From: Balanoglossus misakiensis
Taxonomy: Eukaryota; Animalia; Hemichordata
Assembly (NCBI GenBank): GCA_040954595.2
Contig: CM082578.2
Coordinates: 18,184,728-18,248,727, forward strand
Length of the DNA stretch: 64,000 nucleotides
Direction: 5' to 3'
Part shown: positions 38,292 through 53,300 of the stretch, one piece after another
Position numbering within the stretch: position 1 is the stretch's first letter
Layout of the letters: each line of letters starts with the position of its first letter
The notes under the pieces: model-generated
What the model was told of the DNA's origin: nothing
Database searches by the model: none
What the model saw: the letters and a program-made list of their open reading frames with translations, nothing else
Made by a program: the position numbers and the translations under genes

Positions 38292-41200
38292 CACCCATCT
38301 ATCTGCCCCTGCACACGCACACTTCTCAGCGAGAAAACCATTATTAGTAATGCTGTTAACAATGTTTCTTGCTTCTAAAATAAATGGTTTCATAGCCTGT
38401 TTCATAGCTCTTCTCATTGAGCAGGATTACACTATTGTTTAGATGGGGACCACACGAAGCTTATGCAAATTTAGTCATAGCAACAGTATTACTACTACAT
38501 GTATGTGCAGTGGCCGTGGTGTTGGTGGTAGTTGTGTTGACCAACATTGCCATCATCGTATTTATATATACATGTATAGTCATTAAATATCATTTCATTT
38601 TTTTTTTCATTTTATTGGAGAGATAAGTTACATGAATGACTGACGACCGGGCTTTTGACGAATCACAAAAGAAACGCAGTGGAAAGAATGGTGCATGAAG
38701 TAATTCAAGCCTGAGTGTTCTACATAAATGTCAGGGAGATTAATTTCATAGTTGATTATCAGCTGTTGTGCTTAATATGCGTGTTTCCATCTCTCCCTCG
38801 ACAGTCCCGCCGGGTCGAACACAAACATGAAACATCCGGGTTAGTCAATGAGCCTTGCGTGAGACGCGGGTCTGCGTGATACATTGAGGCCGCGCAGTAA
38901 GTTCTGCGTCCATATGAATATATCAATATGGTGGCTTATAAAGAACAACGAGTTACATGCTCGATAAAATAATTACTGGATCATTTACCTTGAAACACGA
39001 CCTCCTTTGAAATAAACTGACCCGACCCTTTTGCGTGTGTGGAAATAAGTAAACGAAAGCAAAAGCGTGGTGGGTTCGAGAACTTTGGCTGTCAAAATTC
39101 CGGTTGCATTGTCTGCATAGGCCAAATGGTACCTTGACATACGTGTAGTACATTTTTATAGCTTGTATTATTTTAGTTTGTTATTATTTTACAAAAAAGG
39201 TTTGTAAAAAATAGTTTATAACGAAGATACCAGATCTTCAATCCATTAAAAGACCCACCAGCGCGACTTCATATCAATGCAAGAAAATGTGGCCTTTTTA
39301 CGAACACAGAAAATATATGTTCCCAGTCCATCAAAAATATCCAGGTTTTCAAGAAAAATCATCCACGTGTTTCACCACGACACGAACTCCGCCAACCACA
39401 CAGGGATAATTCAGGATCGTTTATTGACACCATCAGTCATTTGGATAAAGGTGTTTGCATCGTGCTTCAATTGTTGGAATGCCGACAATCCGTTTCAGTT
39501 AGCGCGAAAGCCGCCGACAATGCCAAGTGAAAACATATTTATACTGACCTTGAATGACATTGAAGGTCATTGAAGGGAAAACTGGCATCGGTATGTATCT
39601 GTATATACATGTACATGTATATACATATATACGCCCCTCCATCTAATTAACTTAATGTACTAACTTCAAGCTGCATTTTTACACACTTCGTAAATATCTC
39701 AGCAATTGTAGTCGCACTTCCCATAAGACTTGTCGCTGACACATTCGTAAGTGACGTGTCAGTTTAGTTCGTTGGCATGCCATATTTTACCTGTCGTTTT
39801 ATAATGCTATTGTCCAGCTTCCGCTACAGTGTAGAGTTTTACGTTAAATGCCCATGAACGTTAAATGCATACGCGCTCTTTATCAAAATTTCATCACAAG
39901 GGAACCCCGTTTAATAAGCATATCTCTGCATGGTATATCTTCCAGTTAAGAGACATAAAGTATACGAGAAAGTATATCATCGAAGTACTCACACGGTACG
40001 CCCTCAAACAGAGTATGACTTGAGATCCAACAACCGGATCCAATGATTCAGTACGTTCCAGAACAACACAGCTAACACCTCCAACAAAATCATATGACGC
40101 CAGCTGATGTCAAAGGTATATCTACACTAACGTGTTAATATGCTCCATGTGGCATAGCGTCGATTTTGGATCTAACATATGTTGGCTAGAAGTGTGCGCC
40201 GAATTCCGAATTCGGCGTTTATGTATGCTTGGCATTTGTGTTGCGCTAGTAAAACAAATAAGCGGGTACACCAGATCAATAGACAATTTTTTCATAAATG
40301 ACATTAATTTAAATTAAATTTAGAATATCCAACTGCATACGTGTGGTTTTGTCGAGGTCACTAAAGACAAGGTTGAAAATTAATATGTTTGGTTATCGTC
40401 ACTCCAATACCACTGCAAATGCTACTTGTATAAGCGGTTTGTTTTGTATAATTTGACAAAAACCAAGCTTGATATTACTGGTATTCGAAAAGGTACATAA
40501 TATACATGTATACAGTCACATACCTCTGTATGAAACGAAGGTACTATTATGTATGAATGGTCTGTTTTGCAGGCTGTCACACACAAACACAAAAACATAA
40601 AGAAGTTGCGTCAGACACGTATGGGTATTTCGACGAACTTTTTAAAGCTACAAATCGATCACAACATGTACACGTAGTTGGTATTTTTGTCTCGCTGCAT
40701 AGCGGTGCCTCTTTTGTGACCCAGAGGTCGGAAACACGCGATAATAACGTCTCTATATCGGCGACAAACCATGGAAAGAATGCGATAGGCGGGGATTCTT
40801 TCAATGGACTTGGCTAACCATGTCATGAATTATCTTACAAAAATTAATTTCATACAAATAATATCCACCAAATGCGATTGAGCGATGGACTTCGGACAAC
40901 TATAACTATGGTCTGTGTGTTGTTACGAATTAAACAAGGTGATACGTTTTTTGGCCAGACGAGCGAAAAAATGTCGTTATCTTCTGTATGCAAAGAGATG
41001 GTCTCTAATATTTGACCAAGATATCAGTTAACATTGACTGTAATTCATTCTGATTGATAACTTTGTTTTCACCAATTATACAAATACGGCAGACTTGGAA
41101 AAGAATTCATTCTCGTTTTACTTCGATGTGTGACGCATGTCCATCGAATTCATCTATTTTCAAAACGGCCAGCTTGAAGTCAAGATAGCGCACATCGGCA

Positions 41201-44145
41201 TGGGCGAATGGTTGAATACCGAACTAGATCTCTGCAACGGAGATGCATGGTCAGTATCAAGGAACTGAATATTTTACAGCAAAGTCTCTGATAAGAGCTA
41301 GCGTGTTTAGCTGCATATTAACGACATCAAACGAAACTCACATATTTGTCCATCTATCTCCATGGTTCGTTGCAGAGAAGGGCACTCCTTAATGTGTAGA
41401 CAAAGTTCAGGTTAAACAAGTTCACAGGTACAGAGATGTCCGTAGTCTGGAACACATTTACACATTTGAAAAGTCAAAGGCGACGTCTTGATCACGACGA
41501 TGTCGCTCACCGCAACATTTCCTCGGTCCGATGTCGGGTTATTGAATCGGAATCTATTTTAGGGGCGATCGAATCAATGCGTAATTATGTTTAATTATGA
41601 CGGCAATGAACAGGTAGGTTTGTCCCGGAATATTTGACTGCCACCGACATCGCCCCTTCTAAAATCTCTGAATGACCTTATCTTACTTTCCCAGTTGCCG
41701 CCTCCACTAATCCCAACCGAGAACACGTCACATCCGATCCAAAAATGCGCTTCTGCCTCCTCCACATCCTCCTTTACCGGCACCACATGCAAACATACAA
41801 GTGGGTCTGTCCTCTCCTCCCTACGTACCACTCCCAAGTTTTCTCGTCGTCGAGGTCCACGTCCATCTGTTTGTTGCACTTTACCCGAACACAAAAGCGA
41901 GGAATAGTCCAAACGTTGCCGACACCACTCTCGAAAAATCCCGAAATACAAGTTCTTCACTTTTCAAAACCTGGCAGCCGAAGAACAATTTTTGTCCACT
42001 GCGTTTTGCCCCACGTGTCCTGGTACAGATGACTGTCACTCGCGCCTCAGTCGCCGTCCAAATGTCAACTATATTGAATTCAGAGTGATGCGTAGATCAA
42101 AATCCTGCCGACATCACCGAATATTAATACAATTTTAAATTATTAACTTTCCCCGAGGGGAAAGCCATTTGTATCGCTATCAGTATACACATGGTTGCAT
42201 TTTTGCGAAATCTAAACTCCTGTTACGCAATGTCTAAAACGGCCACAGGGGAAAATGCTGTACAACACGTGACTTCAAAAACTCTGAAGAAGCCGATCGG
42301 AAGATGTTGAGTCAATTACAACCGCTCTTGAGTTGCACATTAAAGCTGTAAATTTTGGCTATTTTGTCATTATGCCCTGTGCTTTTTTCTCCTGGTGTTC
42401 GAATCCCTGAACCGTTGTACAATACTACATGTCACTGACACATCAACACACTGGTGTTCAGTTATTCATCACAAAGTCGGACTATACAACAATATACACA
42501 CCTAAAGGCTGTGTTCACAAGAAGGAGGATATGATACTGGAAAAATACAGGAAAACAGCCGAATATTGCAGCTATCCCTTTCATTTCAATCGACACCTTC
42601 AGCTGACTGATTGTTTCTTGAGGTTTGAGCAAACTTTGTAATTCGAACAATTGTGTTCCTGCCGCCATCGCCATCCCTTTAGAGATAGATATTGACATAC
42701 ATTGCACACAATTATTCAAATATTTAAACGCTAATTGGCAGTGCATACACTTGTGACGGTGGCCAATTGAAAAACTGCGGCCACCTGGGAATTTAACGCG
42801 AAAGATAGCGGAAAACCGATAAGGGGTATACCTTGTCATTTCTCTGGGACACAAAAGTCAGATGTCATCACGTATTCGCTTTTAGTATCAAAATCAATGA
42901 GGATTAACAAAATGGCACGCCCCTTTTAATTTTGCACACTTAATTTCATATTCTGTTGGTATTCACGTCTTGTTTTCATTTTCCTCAGGCGTATCCACTT
43001 CACAGACCTATCACAAAACGTGTTTGAGAAATTATTTCTTTTAAGAAATTAAAAACAAATGAAAGATTTCCCTGGCCATTGAAACACATACATTGTTACC
43101 GAGACCACAGCTGTATACCAACGGTTTGTGCTACAGACTTGTGAAGATGGCCACAGACGACAGATATCTCCTGTTTTAGTACGTCCATGTGTGTGTATGC
43201 ATAACACGGTGACCCTTTGATTGGTAAAACACACAGGAAATCGTTAAATCTAATTTATTGAAATGGACTTCTGACCGAGAAAAGATGCTCTACACTGCAG
43301 AAGAATTGTGATGGATAATGTTAAACGAAACGGTATTTAAGAACAAACTCATAGTGCTAGACCATGTGCTCGGTGTATCTATCTTGCCTACGTGCGTTTT
43401 GCCCGATAGAGCTTCATATGATAATTAATATTGCCCAATCCGGCGTATGATCACTTGTTGTACACGTCGGCGCCGTCATAGAGTGAAATATGGCTGTAGT
43501 AAATAAAACACAGACAAACCCCGCAGTCGACCCTACTGTGTGTCAACTTTAACAAAAGTGTTTTATGAAAAAACATGATATGCCTAAGCTGACGTTGGAC
43601 ATTTTCCTATTATCCTCCCAGTCTTTATTGACATAACTGTTTTGATCATAGTATTTTGTGTAGAAATTACTCTGTCATCTTTATGGCTATTGATTAATTT
43701 AAAGGGAAGCGGTCGACGACCCCTTCACTTTAACAAACAGCAGACGGCGCAATCAACTGCATACGAAGACTAAAGTCATATTACTATAAGTTACCATGAA
43801 CATAATCACACAGCAGAAAAGAATATATGATGAATATTTAATTTCTTCATAAAAAATCAATGGTAGACACTATGTTATAAATTTCTTGAGGACTCAAAAC
43901 GCTTACCAATCACCAAAAATTCGTTTCTGATAAGCCCATGCCTATATCAAACTCATGCATGATCATTCAGATGTTGGGGAATATTACAATTACATTTCAG
44001 CTTATAAAATCGCAGTCTTCCGATATCTATCAAATACAGACATTCTCGTAGAAATATAAAACGTGACACAAAACAGGCAGCCTGATAGACCGTCACGTGA
44101 AATTCAGGTATATTAAAGCTTATTGTGTATACGCCAACCACGTAG

Positions 44146-44230
44146 AACAACAAAACAAAACAAAACAATACAATACAATTCAAAACAATCAACCGATCGA
44201 TCGATCGACCGATCAATCAATCAATCAATC
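44146..44230. repeat. Compound microsatellite (CAAAA/CAATA/GATC/CAAT) upstream of TUSC2
   Basis: Read directly from the sequence. Confidence 0.8.
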
Positions 44231-44330
44231 CGCCAATCTCTACCCGGCGCGACCGGCTTGCGAAAAGATCACACATTGGAGTCGAGAAATGAACAAACTA
44301 ACGCGCTGAGACAAGATGGCTGCCTTCTTC
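44230..44330 (+). promoter_or_regulatory. TUSC2 CpG-rich promoter with CCAAT and a YY1-like CAAGATGGC motif
   Basis: CCAAT at ~44233, CAAGATGGCTGC at ~44311, good Kozak context GCCATGG at 44391. Confidence 0.5.
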
Positions 44331-44393
44331 TGAAATAGACGAGGCAAAGGTATTATGTTTCTCTGACATTCTCAGTGACTTTGCCTTTTGGCC

Positions 44394-47300
44394 ATGGGGA
44401 ACTCCACAACGAAGGGCGTTAGGAAGCTTATGTCACCGGTGACGAAAGCGTTCTACGGCAACACAACAGAAGCTGACGCCACCAGCTCCAGCGACACCGA
44501 CGATGCCCTGTGCAGGCGCTTCTGTGCATCAGCCAGTCCGTTCATCCTTACTCGCACAAGGTTTATATATACTATTTTCTTACCTTTTCGTGTGCCTCCA
44601 TCTCGATTTTTTGTTATTTTTTCAAGGAAAATGCAGATTGTTAAGGTCGACGTCTTTGTTACTGTACAAGTACAAACTATGGAAAGAGCGTCTGGAATGC
44701 GAAGCTTAGAGTTCGCTGGGGTGCGACATCGACGCGAAAAAGTCCTGTTTAACAGTTAACCGTTGCACGTTGACGAGCACATGTTATTAAATTTGGAACA
44801 GGACCAGTCCGCTGGCGACTCATTCAGTCTAAAAATACACAGACCGACCACGTCGTTGGCGCGCGTCCCCTGCTCTTGGCTGATGATATTTCAGACGTGC
44901 AGCCGGGCTCGTAGGAAACCTGAGTAGAATATCGTGAAAATGAATGGCACGAATTATGTACAGCCTCCATCGTCGTGTGTTGGGGCCCCCCGATGGCGAT
45001 GGAATTCACAGGCTGACGTCACAAGCTCTTACTGTTCCCATCATAGTCATATAGAGTGTTGCATAGCCAATGGGTTATCAGCCGCTGGTTATAATGCGCC
45101 CTATAGACAGCTTGTCAAATGAGCTGTGTGTGCAGCCACTGTGCATCAGAATGACCCAGTAGTAATGCAGTGAACAGCTGACTCCTTTAAAAATAGCTCA
45201 GCGTTGGGTTGATAGCTGTTACCATGCTTCATGGTCCCCAAGGTTGTGTCATTCGGTTTCTAGGCCTACAACCGGTTAGCCTAGTACCTTGGCGCGGAAG
45301 CAAAGCAGACAAAACACGCCGAGGTACTAGGCTAACAACCGGTCAACCCCGATCTACAGTCCATACCAACTCTATGTAATATTTCAGGTAACACTAACAA
45401 GAGTACCACTGCAACATTCACAGGTTCAGTTGTTGCACTGAGATTAGTAACCATCAGTAATTTTGATAACTGGTATAACTAGTAATTTGGAAACTGATCA
45501 TGGTATCATACTATATGGTAATGCAAGTCCAGGATGGGGTGGGAAAATTGACAATTTCCTTGAATGAGATTTTGTTTAGGGATCTCAGGTATAAAATGTA
45601 TGTGCTTGCTCTACCAATTCCTGAAGATCAACTTAAATTATCAGGACCTGTATCACAGATACTACCATCTAATTTTATCGTAACATGTTTCACTCAACAT
45701 ATAAACTTATCTCAAGATGAACCATGCCGCTGTTTTATGAGTCAACTAGAAAACTTGTGCTTCCTGTAATATTTGCCGCTTAATCACTATCTCAGTGGTA
45801 ACAGAGCACATCAAAGCTGAATGAAGTATAAAACTCATGTCGCAAGCTTTACAGATCAGAGATGTGAACAATACATGTGATTGTAGTATGTGAAAATTAA
45901 ATTGACCATTTTTAATTTAGCCTGGGTTTTATTCCAGTCCTAAATCACTTCATGATTCCCTGACTTGTTCTTTTCCCATGGGAAGTTCTGTAGATGAACT
46001 GTAAATAGTTTTGTACTTGATAAGGTATCTCTGCTGTAACCGGTTAAAGGTGGTTTAGTCAAAATGAGCAAGTGCTGGTAATCTAAATGGGTCACTTGCT
46101 GTCGCCAGAATGCCTTTAGGGTTTACAGTGTGGTAATGAAGTTGACCCCCCCCCCCACCTTGCATTGATGGGGTTTCAACTTTTGTGGCCTGTGTTCATG
46201 CTCTGTTTCTCATAAAATCCCAGAGGAGCATGTGTGTTTGTACTGCTGGCAAGTTTTAATACAGTGTGGTAGTGGATAACAACAGAACTTGAAGTCATTT
46301 ATTTTATGTTGGAAAAAAACTCGGTTGACTCAGAAATATTAAGCAAGAAGTGCTCACATTGTAGCTCTCCATCTTTTATAGTTTTGTTGAAGTTAGGGTC
46401 TCAAATGAGTGAACAGATGCTGGTGCTGTCAAAGGATGTTTAGCTGTTACTCCAGGTTGTGTTGCTCAAGAAACAGAACAACCACATCAAAAGTTGATAG
46501 AATGCATGTTTATAGTTACTGTGATGATACTACTATTTTGCCTGGAATGTACCAGAGTGGGAATGGGCAATCCTCTTTCAGCCAAGGTCACACGCAACTG
46601 AGATCTAGCCAAGTTCAGGTTGTCCCCAAAAGGTTAATTTGCCACATCTGTGTTGCAGTTCATCTTGTGTTACAGTTGAAATGGCGTATGTAAAAAAAAA
46701 AAATGATTAAGGGGCAAATGCCAGAGTTTCTTGTGCCACTATTGTCAATAATACAGAAGAAAATAGGTTATTGGGTATTTAAATCTTGTAACAAGTTACC
46801 AAGCATATGACCTCCTTATGAGGACAGAATCTCATCAGGTGATCATATTACAAAGTTTAACCCTCTGAAAACTGCACTGATTTACAGAGTGGGTGCCTAA
46901 ACTAACATTTTGCTACTTATTTTAACCATGGCAATTCTGATTGGCCAAATAATTTGTTCACTACTGAAACAGGTGCACATATGGAAATAGTAATTGGCAA
47001 CAGGCTCAACACAGGCATTCCAGACCCTCTACGTTCTCCATCTCTGATGTATACCTAGACAAGGATGTTGATAGGAAAAACACGTTTGCCCTATCGCATC
47101 CTTTACCCAAGAGTCATCTTTTGGTGTAATAGTGTTTGCCATGTGCTGTAATTTCTCATGGAAAAGAGAGACAGATCTGAGTGCTAGCCGTCAGAGAGAT
47201 AGCAAGTTTGCGGCCGGCTAGACTTGGTCAAGGAGATAGCAAGTGTGTTACAAGATCCGGTCAAAACAGGAAACAACCAATTAGAATGACAAATTTTCAT

Positions 47301-50300
47301 CAACTGATTCACAGCTTTGTACTTCTGGTAATGAAAGTGATGTGCGCACTCCTCAGAGGAAGTCTGATTTGTCTGTTGGACTTCAGATTTTTTTTTTGAC
47401 TTCCTCTTCTCTCATGTTGTTGGAGTAGCTGTCATTTTGAATTTTTGCATCATTTTTGTCTCAATAAATTTCAGCCATCATCCAGTAGTCATGGCAACAC
47501 TCCTGATGAAGAGCAGATAACCAAGCATAACAAACGACCTTCAAGGAGACAGACAAATTACTGTGTTTGTTTAGCATGAGCGGATAATGGGGGCTGTATA
47601 CCCCAAGCGTGTTCCTGCACTGATAGTAAACTGTATCTCTATGGATGAGTAGTTTTCGGCTGATGTGTTGCTGTGTGCTGTATCACGTTTCCCGCGTGAC
47701 CACATGACATCAGGGGGGTAGACATGTTGCACTCTGGATGTGTAATATTCAATGCTGTTGTGTTTGAAAGTAGGCAAACTACATGATCATGATTGTTTTT
47801 TTTTTCTGAGCCTCAAATTTGTGTAGATTCTGTACAGCAGTAGTCTTATATCTAGTTTACGTGTTTTCTGAGTTTGCTTCGAATGCAGAAAACAGGTTCG
47901 GCTAGATATAAGACTAGTAATGCAGACAACCTGACATAGTAGCAAACTGGCGGCTGTGAGAGAATGTCTTCTCTTCACAATCACCACCCTCTGTTTCTGG
48001 CAATAAGTTTACCAGGACATTGTCTTCACAGTTTTATTTGGAGTAACTGCACTGCTTTGCAGACCCTTTGCCCTTTGGTCTATTTTCGTGCAAAAAGAAA
48101 CAGTTAATTTGAAAAGTTGTAGAATAAAATTACATCTACATTTACAACATATAAGCAACATTTTTGCTTAGGTCAAGGGGTTCTCTATTCATTTGAAAGT
48201 TCACTTGGTGTGGTACAAAGTTGTTGAAAGACAGGGTTCATACTGTGCCCAGATTCATATAACCAAAGTTTCCCATCCATCCTAACCCTCTGTTCACTGC
48301 TCATGAGTACAGAAAAATAAATGAATGACTTTTGCTGGAATGGTTGAGAATTATACCGAGTCTGTTTGTACAGTGATGTATAGATTATCACAGTCCCTTT
48401 TAAGGGACTGTGAGATTATTGAGTAAAATAGATCATATGCCAGAGAGATGTTGATTGAAGCAAAAAAAAAGAGTTGGGCATCTAAAGCACTTCTAATAGA
48501 ATTGAAGACTAACCTGAGTTGAAAGTACAAGATTCTATCATGGTTTGGTGCTCGGACTTGTCAAACTCTGATGGTGCAAGATTCTATCATGGCTTGGTAC
48601 TCCTGAAGACTACTTGAGATGTTTCTCAAGGATGTCAACAGATTTAGTATGTCACAGCGTTTTTTTATGATGTAAATTCAGTAAGTGTTATAAGCTTTGG
48701 ATTTTGAAAGACAGGACCAAGGCTTTCAATGACACTGCAGCTGATCAGTGATGTCATGACAGGTTACATGAATCATTATGTGTGTGTGCTGTATGTGTAT
48801 GTGTATGCTTGCACACAATGACACATACTGGTATATGTATGTCTGCATCTGTCACTACGTTCATATTGTTTGTCATTTACTCAAACCATGTGGTACCTCC
48901 AGGCTGAAACCCCTGCCTGTGCAAACTCAAAGCCAGATTGTAATAACATGCAAATCTGTGTTTTATTCAACAGGACTCTGGTGTCTTTGACTTAAGCCTG
49001 ATTATACAAATCGTCCTGATTGGTTAGCGCCGGTCATCCACAGTGAAACGTTAAAGAGCAGATTACAATAGTTAATACATTTGTTTGATTTCTACTCCTC
49101 AATAATGAAAAACCACTCAGGTGTGGTTGAATTATTCCATGGAGATTAATACACAGACAGAGAGAGAGGCCCAAGAAGAGATATTTTTAACTTTCCTCCC
49201 TTTTGAGAGTTTTGTGTTGATTTGTAGGCAGACCAAATAATGTTTTTAGTTTTGGGTAACGGAACGGCTAGTCCCTAATGCCCAAAGTTTTCACTATATC
49301 AAATCATTGCCATGCTTCCTCCAAGTAGCTACTGACTAAGATTGATGTTTTTTCACTCTATTTTTGTCTCTTTTCCATCAGAATGATTTTGATATCATAG
49401 TTTCGAGTTACTTCAGAAGTGGGTCAAGGCATAGCTCTGCCTAGCAGGGCTGTGTGTTGATGCCTCCACACATCGCCGTAAGACACACAGCCCTGCCAGG
49501 CAGAGCTAGGTCAAGGCAGAGATATGACGTGACGTTGCTGGCTGTAATATAAACTAACAACACCAAGCAAGCATAGACATGGGATGAGGTATACAGCATA
49601 GTGTTTTTTTTTTTTTTAATTCAGTTCTTTGAAGTATCTCCTCTGCTTGGTTCCAAATATTTCTTAGATTATTGTGGGAAGACAAAAGAAATGTTATTGA
49701 TGTTGACTGAATCAGCACATTTTTAGTAATCTACTGGTATGCATTTTTTGAAGGGGGGGGGGGGGGGTGAATTCTCGAAATGTTCAAACTTAAATATATC
49801 AGGTTTTGTAAAAATAATATGTAGCTTCCAGGAATTATGAGCAGTCTGTAGTACTTCGTGCTGAACAGAAATGTCAAACCATGCAAATACTTCAACGCCC
49901 AAGGGCTGTATGAAGTTTGCCTTAATGGGTTATGCGTTTATCATATGGTCTTAAGAAAAATATAGCAAGTAAGAAAAGTTATGCCGACAATGTCATTTTG
50001 AAAAGTCATGTGTAGACATTTTGTTACTCGTTTACGAGCTCGTTAACATTTTGGAATATTTCACGTAAATCATCGTAGTTGTGCCAGCTGAGAACTTAGG
50101 TGTGAATTTCTCTTAGACTGGGACTGGTATGTAACTTATCTAATGTATTAATTAGCTGGAATGTCAGACCAGGCTGCTTGATTGTCAATGTTACTGTCAT
50201 TTTATATATTGACCCCCGGTTTACCTGATTTTCCTTCCTTCCCCTACAAAATGTTCCTATGTGTACTTGTTTGTGTTGACACTCTGCCAATACAAACAAT

Positions 50301-53300
50301 AAAGCTGTGAAATTGACACAAATTTTGCACAGGTAAGCAAGAATGAAATGGTGATGAAGAACTTCTTGAACACAAAAATTATGAAAGAATGATTGATGAC
50401 TATAACATGTGGAAAAAAACAAAATGATATTTTTTTTACTTTCTAAGTGAAAAAACCCACTAAATTGAGACAAAGCAACTTTGAGAGTAGAAGACCAGTA
50501 TCATCGATGTAATAGAGCTTCAGTGAAAAATATGCATATTGAATAAAAATGCATCTTACCTAGGAGTTACAAGTACGACAGCTTATTAACGGCAGATAAC
50601 TTTTAACTGTGGCATACGTACGTACAGTGCCTTCCTTGTTGTGGGGGAGAGTCCACCAACTCCGTGGATTTAAATAACATCGATATCACCGTTTCAACAG
50701 CAACAAAACGGAAAGTGTTTATTGGCGTACAGACTGACAGCTAACACATGTGACGGTCCCCATGGCTTGCAGAAACCCACAAGCAAATTTCAGCTATGTG
50801 GTAGTTTGCCCTGACTAGGGGAAAGGGTCACCAACAGGGGTCACCTTCTGACAACTCGCATTAATGATTGTAATTCAAAAATAGGAAGATGTTTCTTACA
50901 GGGAGTTCTCATTTTTCAGACAGAAATGGAAAAATGCTTGCCAGGGGTGTCATTTGAGACGGCAAGGAATTACAGGAGTATGATTACAGATAACGAGAAC
51001 GATGGGGCGTTTAATTAACCAGAGTTTGCGTAGCCCAAATATCAATATCTTCCCATTTTTGCAAGTGCTGAGAATAGCCCAGCATACATATATTTCACAT
51101 GTGTATTTAAATGTAGAATTCTGCAGATGAATTACCAGTGTCACTTTTTTGTAACATTCCCAGAATTCCATAGTTTTCATGGGAAGGTATTGTGGTAATC
51201 TTGATGAGGTGATTTTAAATATGAAATATAAATGGTGAAGGAAGTGGGTCTAATATTAGCTTTATAATACCCTATGGATACGTAGCTACAAATAAAAACT
51301 TGATAGTGTCGACAGGCATATAGATTACTTACATATATGAATGAATGGTACTTGCCAGTACCACACATCCTGGATTTTGTGCAAAGTATTTGAGAGTTGG
51401 GTACAAGTGATTCCTGGTAAAGCCATCAATGTGTAGGATTGTATTATTCAAATCGGGGTCATGTGCAGGCAGGCATTTACAATATTGTGCTAAACACTGG
51501 TTACGTATTACGTCTGTGACTGTTTTTATGCCTTGTTCACTCTGTCACAAGAAGCAAAGCCATGTTGATCAACTTAACAGTGACAACTCTTTAGATAACC
51601 CTGAACACCTTGCATGAACACTTGAAGGGTGCACATGGTCTTCTATGCAAATTTAGCCACAGTTACCATGGAAAGTCGACATCTATAGCCAGTCATAGAT
51701 TTTTGGCACCAAATGGCCATTCAAAGACTTAGACACTCCCCTTTAACCATATATGGGCATATGTAAAATTAACGGTAATTGTATACCTTTAATAAAGAGA
51801 AGGAAGACTTTGTGGTGCAGTTAATCTGTCATATAAAGAGCTGATGTCATGCAGAACTGACTCAACCGGGAGCACAGAGATGTAATTACATTTAGTGAGG
51901 CTGAGAACCATTGCTTTTATGAGGTAACTCTTGTATAGCAACCTGACCTGTTCCAATAAGACTGCACACTGACCTTATAAAAAAATTGCTGCAGCCCTTC
52001 TATAGCTGTGTGTTACACTGTGACATCCATAAATACACACCACATGTCTTTCTTTGTCAGTAAATCATACAGCTTTGAGGCATATCTTTATTTGCAGTGA
52101 GTCATTTGGGACAACCCTTGTGTGATCGTCGGTCTGGAGTGAACCCAGCTGGCAACAGGCCTGTGTACGTGTAGCATTGGAACAGTCTGTGTACCACTGC
52201 TGCCAATTCTGTATGTGTGCATGGATGCATGCATGTATACATACTCATGTATCCATGACATCACCAGCTTTGTATAATCAGATGATATAGCTTTTCATGT
52301 GGGAGCTACTATATCGAGATTGGAATTTCAGCGCACCCGGGTATTAATGAAAACTATGCACTACAGAATTCACTGTGTCAGCGCAGGAGGAAAGTTTGTT
52401 CCCCTCAGTTCATGTATGCAGTGGTTCTTCTGTTGGTAGATGGAATAAGTGATTGATTGATTGATTGATTGCAATACCAGTGTAAACAATTGCCCCCCTC
52501 CCGATCATATTACAGTGCACTCCACTTGTTTTTCTGGACACTAGGATTTGTCAGTCATCATGCTGTTTCATCTGCACACAACAATGTTTCCCCATCAGTA
52601 TTGGGAGGCCATTACTCAGGCTAGCGGTCACAGTTCAAGTTGAAACATTTGAACGGCCAACATTGCCTTATCCTTCTGATACAGTAATGATCAATCTCAG
52701 CAGAAAAGAGATGTCATGTTGCCTGTTTTTCTCCCTGTCCTTGAAACAGGCAGATGTCTGTATCTGATGCGTGAAGGAAAATAACTTGTTCCGCGTGTGA
52801 TGTGTGTGTGTGAAAAGTGAATTTGTTCTATACCTTGGAGAGAGGGTTAACATGGCCAAGGTTCTTCTGATAAAAGAAAAAATTATCACACTCTGCGTGC
52901 AGTATTTTATTTTTTTACTGCTGGTGATAGGAGCTGGGTAATTGCATTCCTTGTGGCTATATTGAGATAAAAGTGTACAGGAATAGTAACATATATACTT
53001 CACTTGCGGTCATGTCTTGGTGCTTAGTGCTGTGATAGGCTGATTCATTGTGGTGTGGTTATATCACCGCTATGCTCCGAGCCAATTTTGTCTCACTCAT
53101 CACTTGTGTCACATCTCCGTGCTAGTTTGAAAAAAAACACCCCTCTTGGGGGGATGTAAGTGTATCTACCCCTAACCTTTTTTCAAGTTTTCTAGAAACA
53201 AACATGGAGTGGTCATAACTTGTCCAAACTATAGTCATGGCAGAGTGAAAATATGGCAGTCTTGTTTGCCATCTCCATTATATTTTCAAACTACTGTAAT

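Noticed and set aside
41880-42040. In-frame TGA in a UxxC-like context on the minus strand (selenoprotein idea)
   Set aside because: Another stop lies upstream with no start codon, and there is no recognisable SECIS or selenoprotein similarity.
45195-45262. tRNA or tRNA-SINE-like A-box (TAGCTCAG) with a degenerate B-box, plus a lone GTTCGAATCC at ~42396
   Set aside because: No cloverleaf can be folded and the boxes are incomplete.
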